Shown in pieces: positions 61,694-64,000 of a stretch of 64,000 bases of DNA (the stretch's first letter is position 1; every line of letters begins with the position of its first letter). Below the pieces are notes generated by a model, which did no database searches, was not told where the DNA came from, and saw only the letters and a program-made list of their open reading frames with translations. Source of the stretch: Candidatus Undinarchaeota archaeon (GTDB taxonomy: Archaea; Undinarchaeota; Undinarchaeia; Undinarchaeales; UBA543); NCBI GenBank assembly GCA_964636545.1, contig CAZWSR010000001.1, forward strand, positions 102,821-166,820, read 5' to 3'. The translations under genes and the position numbers were made by a program.

Positions 61694-62196
61694 TGGCAAA
61701 ACGAGTTTGGTTTAGCAAAGAGAAATTCAAACTAATGTTTGATGATCAAGTAAACGAATATACAAGTTTAGGAGGCAATTTTTTCTATGGTTTCTTATTT
61801 TTCATTACTTTTGCACTAGGTTACACTGCAGAAATGCCTGAGATGATGGATGCTGCGCGCGTTCTTCTGATTGCAGGAATCTTGTTTACTATTGTCGGTT
61901 TTGGATTGAAATACGTTGTTGGAAGAACAAGACCAAATAAAGTTAGTTTAAGATGGGCAAGTGCAATGGAAAGAATGAATGATGCATCGTTCCCAAGCAT
62001 ACATTCTGGACGAGCAGTTATAATTGCATATACTTTTGGGCATTTATTGCCAAGTTTTGGAAAGCTTATTTTCTGGATAATAATGTTGGGGGTTCCATTA
62101 ACAAGAGTTTATTTGAAAAAACACTTTTGGAGCGACATTATTGCAGGGGTGTTATTTGGATTTTTGATTGCTTACGGCGTGAGATTGGTGATATAG
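61693..62196 (+). CDS. PAP2-family membrane phosphatase
   Basis: K...RTRP, SFPSIH, TRVYLKKHFWSD. Confidence 0.9.
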   Translation: MAKRVWFSKEKFKLMFDDQVNEYTSLGGNFFYGFLFFITFALGYTAEMPEMMDAARVLLIAGILFTIVGFGLKYVVGRTRPNKVSLRWASAMERMNDASFPSIHSGRAVIIAYTFGHLLPSFGKLIFWIIMLGVPLTRVYLKKHFWSDIIAGVLFGFLIAYGVRLVI

Positions 62197-62715
62197 GTTA
62201 AGGTATCAGCAGTCGGCCCTCAGCCCTCGGGTCAGAATAACTGGAAGACTGCATTATACATCTGGCATTTTCTTAATAAAACTGTATGTCATTTTTGCAA
62301 GACACTCAATTTCTTCTTTTAAGACAAGATGTGTTTCTTTTGGAATATATCCTAAATCACGAGCTAAAAGCAGATGATAATCAAGTTCTTTTATAGAATG
62401 ATAAGAATAAAATAAATATCTTCTGGCTGCAGGAGTTGTGTTTTGACCACAACCTTCAACAATATTTGTAGGAATTGATGCACTTGACCGTCTTATTTGA
62501 TCAATCAACCGATATCTCTCTTTGGAAGGAAATGTATCCACGAGTTTATCTAATTTTAATACAAGATTATGAGCTTTTTTCCAAATAATTAATTCTGTAT
62601 AATCTCTTGTCATAAATTTATCATGCCGATATCCTCTTTATAAAAATTTGTAAACTCGCTTGAGTTGGTGGCTATTGTCACCTGACGGCTGAGGGCTGAT
62701 ACCTGACACCTTAAC
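62196..62715. mobile_element. Putative element: four-helix-bundle gene bracketed by inverted heptamer-repeat arms
   Basis: Left arm 62196-62235 and right arm 62682-62715 are inverted (27/34 by hand); perfect terminal GTTAAGGT/ACCTTAAC; mobility is inferred only. Confidence 0.55.
62254..62613 (-). CDS. Four-helix-bundle protein (23S rRNA IVS protein / Avd-like family)
   Basis: LIIWKKA...FPSKERYRLIDQIRRSSASIPTNIVEG...ELDYHLLLARDLGY. Confidence 0.92.
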   Translation of the reverse strand: MTRDYTELIIWKKAHNLVLKLDKLVDTFPSKERYRLIDQIRRSSASIPTNIVEGCGQNTTPAARRYLFYSYHSIKELDYHLLLARDLGYIPKETHLVLKEEIECLAKMTYSFIKKMPDV

Positions 62716-62741
62716 AAATATAAACAACTACTACTATACAC

Positions 62742-63059
62742 ATGTATAGAAAAATGAATGAAAAAACCCTAAAACAACGGAATTTGATTTTGCGAACCAT
62801 GGCGAAAGCGCGAGCAGAAGATGGTTTAGAGTTTTTGTGGCTAAGGGAATTAACTAGACGGACTGGTTTGAATATGGGAACAGTTGGCTGGGTTTTGCAC
62901 AGATACTTATCACCAGATTATATTGAATTTCCTGAAGTAGATGCACTGATACAGCACGGTTTGAAGATCCGTCCAATTAAATTAAAGGACAAAATTTATG
63001 AGCAAATGATTGGGAAAGCAACGAAGAAAGAAGGAAAATCAGAAGTAAAAGCAGAGTAA
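62742..63059 (+). CDS. Winged-helix-like DNA-binding protein
   Basis: LWLRELTRRTGLNMGTVGWVLHRYL. Confidence 0.65.
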   Translation: MYRKMNEKTLKQRNLILRTMAKARAEDGLEFLWLRELTRRTGLNMGTVGWVLHRYLSPDYIEFPEVDALIQHGLKIRPIKLKDKIYEQMIGKATKKEGKSEVKAE

Positions 63060-63130
63060 AAACCCGACCACCATAACCTATTTAACTACTAAAATTCAAC
63101 AAAAAGTAACGATAACTAGAGGGGATTATA

Positions 63131-63625
63131 ATGACAAAGAATGATGAAAAACCAGAAGCAGAAGCACCAGCGGAAGCTGTTAAAGAAGCACCTAAAAGTG
63201 AGGATGCTGACATGGAAAAGCAATTGGAAGCAGAAGATGAAAGACTCCCATTTCCAAATGCTAGAGTTGTAGCTTTAATGAAAAAAGAGCTTGACAAAGA
63301 GAAGATGATTCGAGCCCGTGTGAAGAAAGAAATGAATGAATTTTTAGGTAGAATTGTTAGAAATGTAGCCAGAGAGATGAATAAGAGCCCATATACAGTG
63401 ATTGAAGGTGGCGACTTGCACAGAGCAATCAAGAAGTATGAGAAAATGGAAGAGATTGCTTCACAAAAGGAGAGATTGATAGGGTACATGGACCGAATCA
63501 AGCAGGATTGTAATGTTCTTATATCTGATGTTGAGCGATCTTTTGATTTAGAAGGGCAGACCAAGGCGTTTAATGCACCAAAGAAAGAAGAAGAACCTGT
63601 TGAAGAAGCACCTACTGAAGAATAA
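63131..63625 (+). CDS. Histone-fold protein with acidic tails and C-terminal helical extension
   Basis: RLPFPNARVVALMK...MIRARVK...TVIEGGDLHRAI. Confidence 0.7.
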   Translation: MTKNDEKPEAEAPAEAVKEAPKSEDADMEKQLEAEDERLPFPNARVVALMKKELDKEKMIRARVKKEMNEFLGRIVRNVAREMNKSPYTVIEGGDLHRAIKKYEKMEEIASQKERLIGYMDRIKQDCNVLISDVERSFDLEGQTKAFNAPKKEEEPVEEAPTEE

Positions 63626-63679
63626 ATATTTTTTAGGGGAGTGTAAAAACTTCTCTGTAGTTTTAAAAGAAAGAGTGAG

Positions 63680-63698
63680 AGCGCGTTTTTACGCGCGC
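63680..63698. terminator. Short GC hairpin between convergent genes
   Basis: GCGCGT-TTTT-ACGCGC. Confidence 0.3.
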
Positions 63699-63714
63699 CC
63701 TAGATTATTTGGGT

Positions 63715-64000
63715 TTATCGGCAAATACCGTCGTTGCGGTCGTCTAGATCGCACTTGGTTGAGCCTGGGCATTCATAATTTGCAAAAGATTTAATATTGC
63801 CATCACAGAAATATTTTCGTGCAGTATCTCCATTTATACACATATCATTAAATGTTTTTCCATCTTTGTCAACAACTTGTCCTTGAACTCGAAGGTTCAA
63901 AACATCAAACTCATGACATTGTCCATCAGGAACTTCAACAGGAACTTCGTTTTCGAGTTCTTCCTCTTCTTCATCTACTGGAACAGCAGATGAGCTACCC
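63715..64000 (-). CDS. C-terminal part of a Cys-rich, probably secreted protein running off the window edge
   Basis: DMC...YFC...ECP...KC...GIC pattern; frame is open to the window end. Confidence 0.6.
   Translation of the reverse strand, partial: GSSSAVPVDEEEEELENEVPVEVPDGQCHEFDVLNLRVQGQVVDKDGKTFNDMCINGDTARKYFCDGNIKSFANYECPGSTKCDLDDRNDGICR

Noticed and set aside
62254-62613. Diversity-generating retroelement
   Set aside because: The protein is Avd-like, but I saw no reverse transcriptase and no TR/VR pair differing at adenines.
62191-62722. ATATA as a target-site duplication around the four-helix-bundle element
   Set aside because: Low complexity, and not flush with the right arm.

Overview
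AT-rich archaeal chromosome segment, inferred to be DPANN-like from archaeal-type ThrRS, TyrRS, AspRS, PolB, DnaG, NAC, MC1, a histone-fold protein, SecF-SecD and A1:U72 tRNA-Gln and tRNA-iMet. It is mostly housekeeping: argF-carA-carB, pyrB-pyrI, smc-scpA, the HMG-CoA synthase/thiolase/DUF35/class II HMG-CoA reductase cluster, tyrS-polB-sua5-map, and tRNA editing factors. Divergent Lys-rich orphan ORFs are interspersed, three of them apparently interrupted. The most striking unexplained signal is a dispersed set of degenerate 7-nt and 8-nt tandem-repeat tracts. They form inverted arms around a four-helix-bundle gene (Avd/23S-IVS-like, 62254-62613), cargo-less palindromes just after stop codons (8634, 9615, 25832), single arms (32749, 55521), and in-frame insertions in conserved proteins (three in HMG-CoA reductase, three in DtdA, one in the SMC tail). 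All product calls come from motif recognition by eye; no database searches or folding computations were run.
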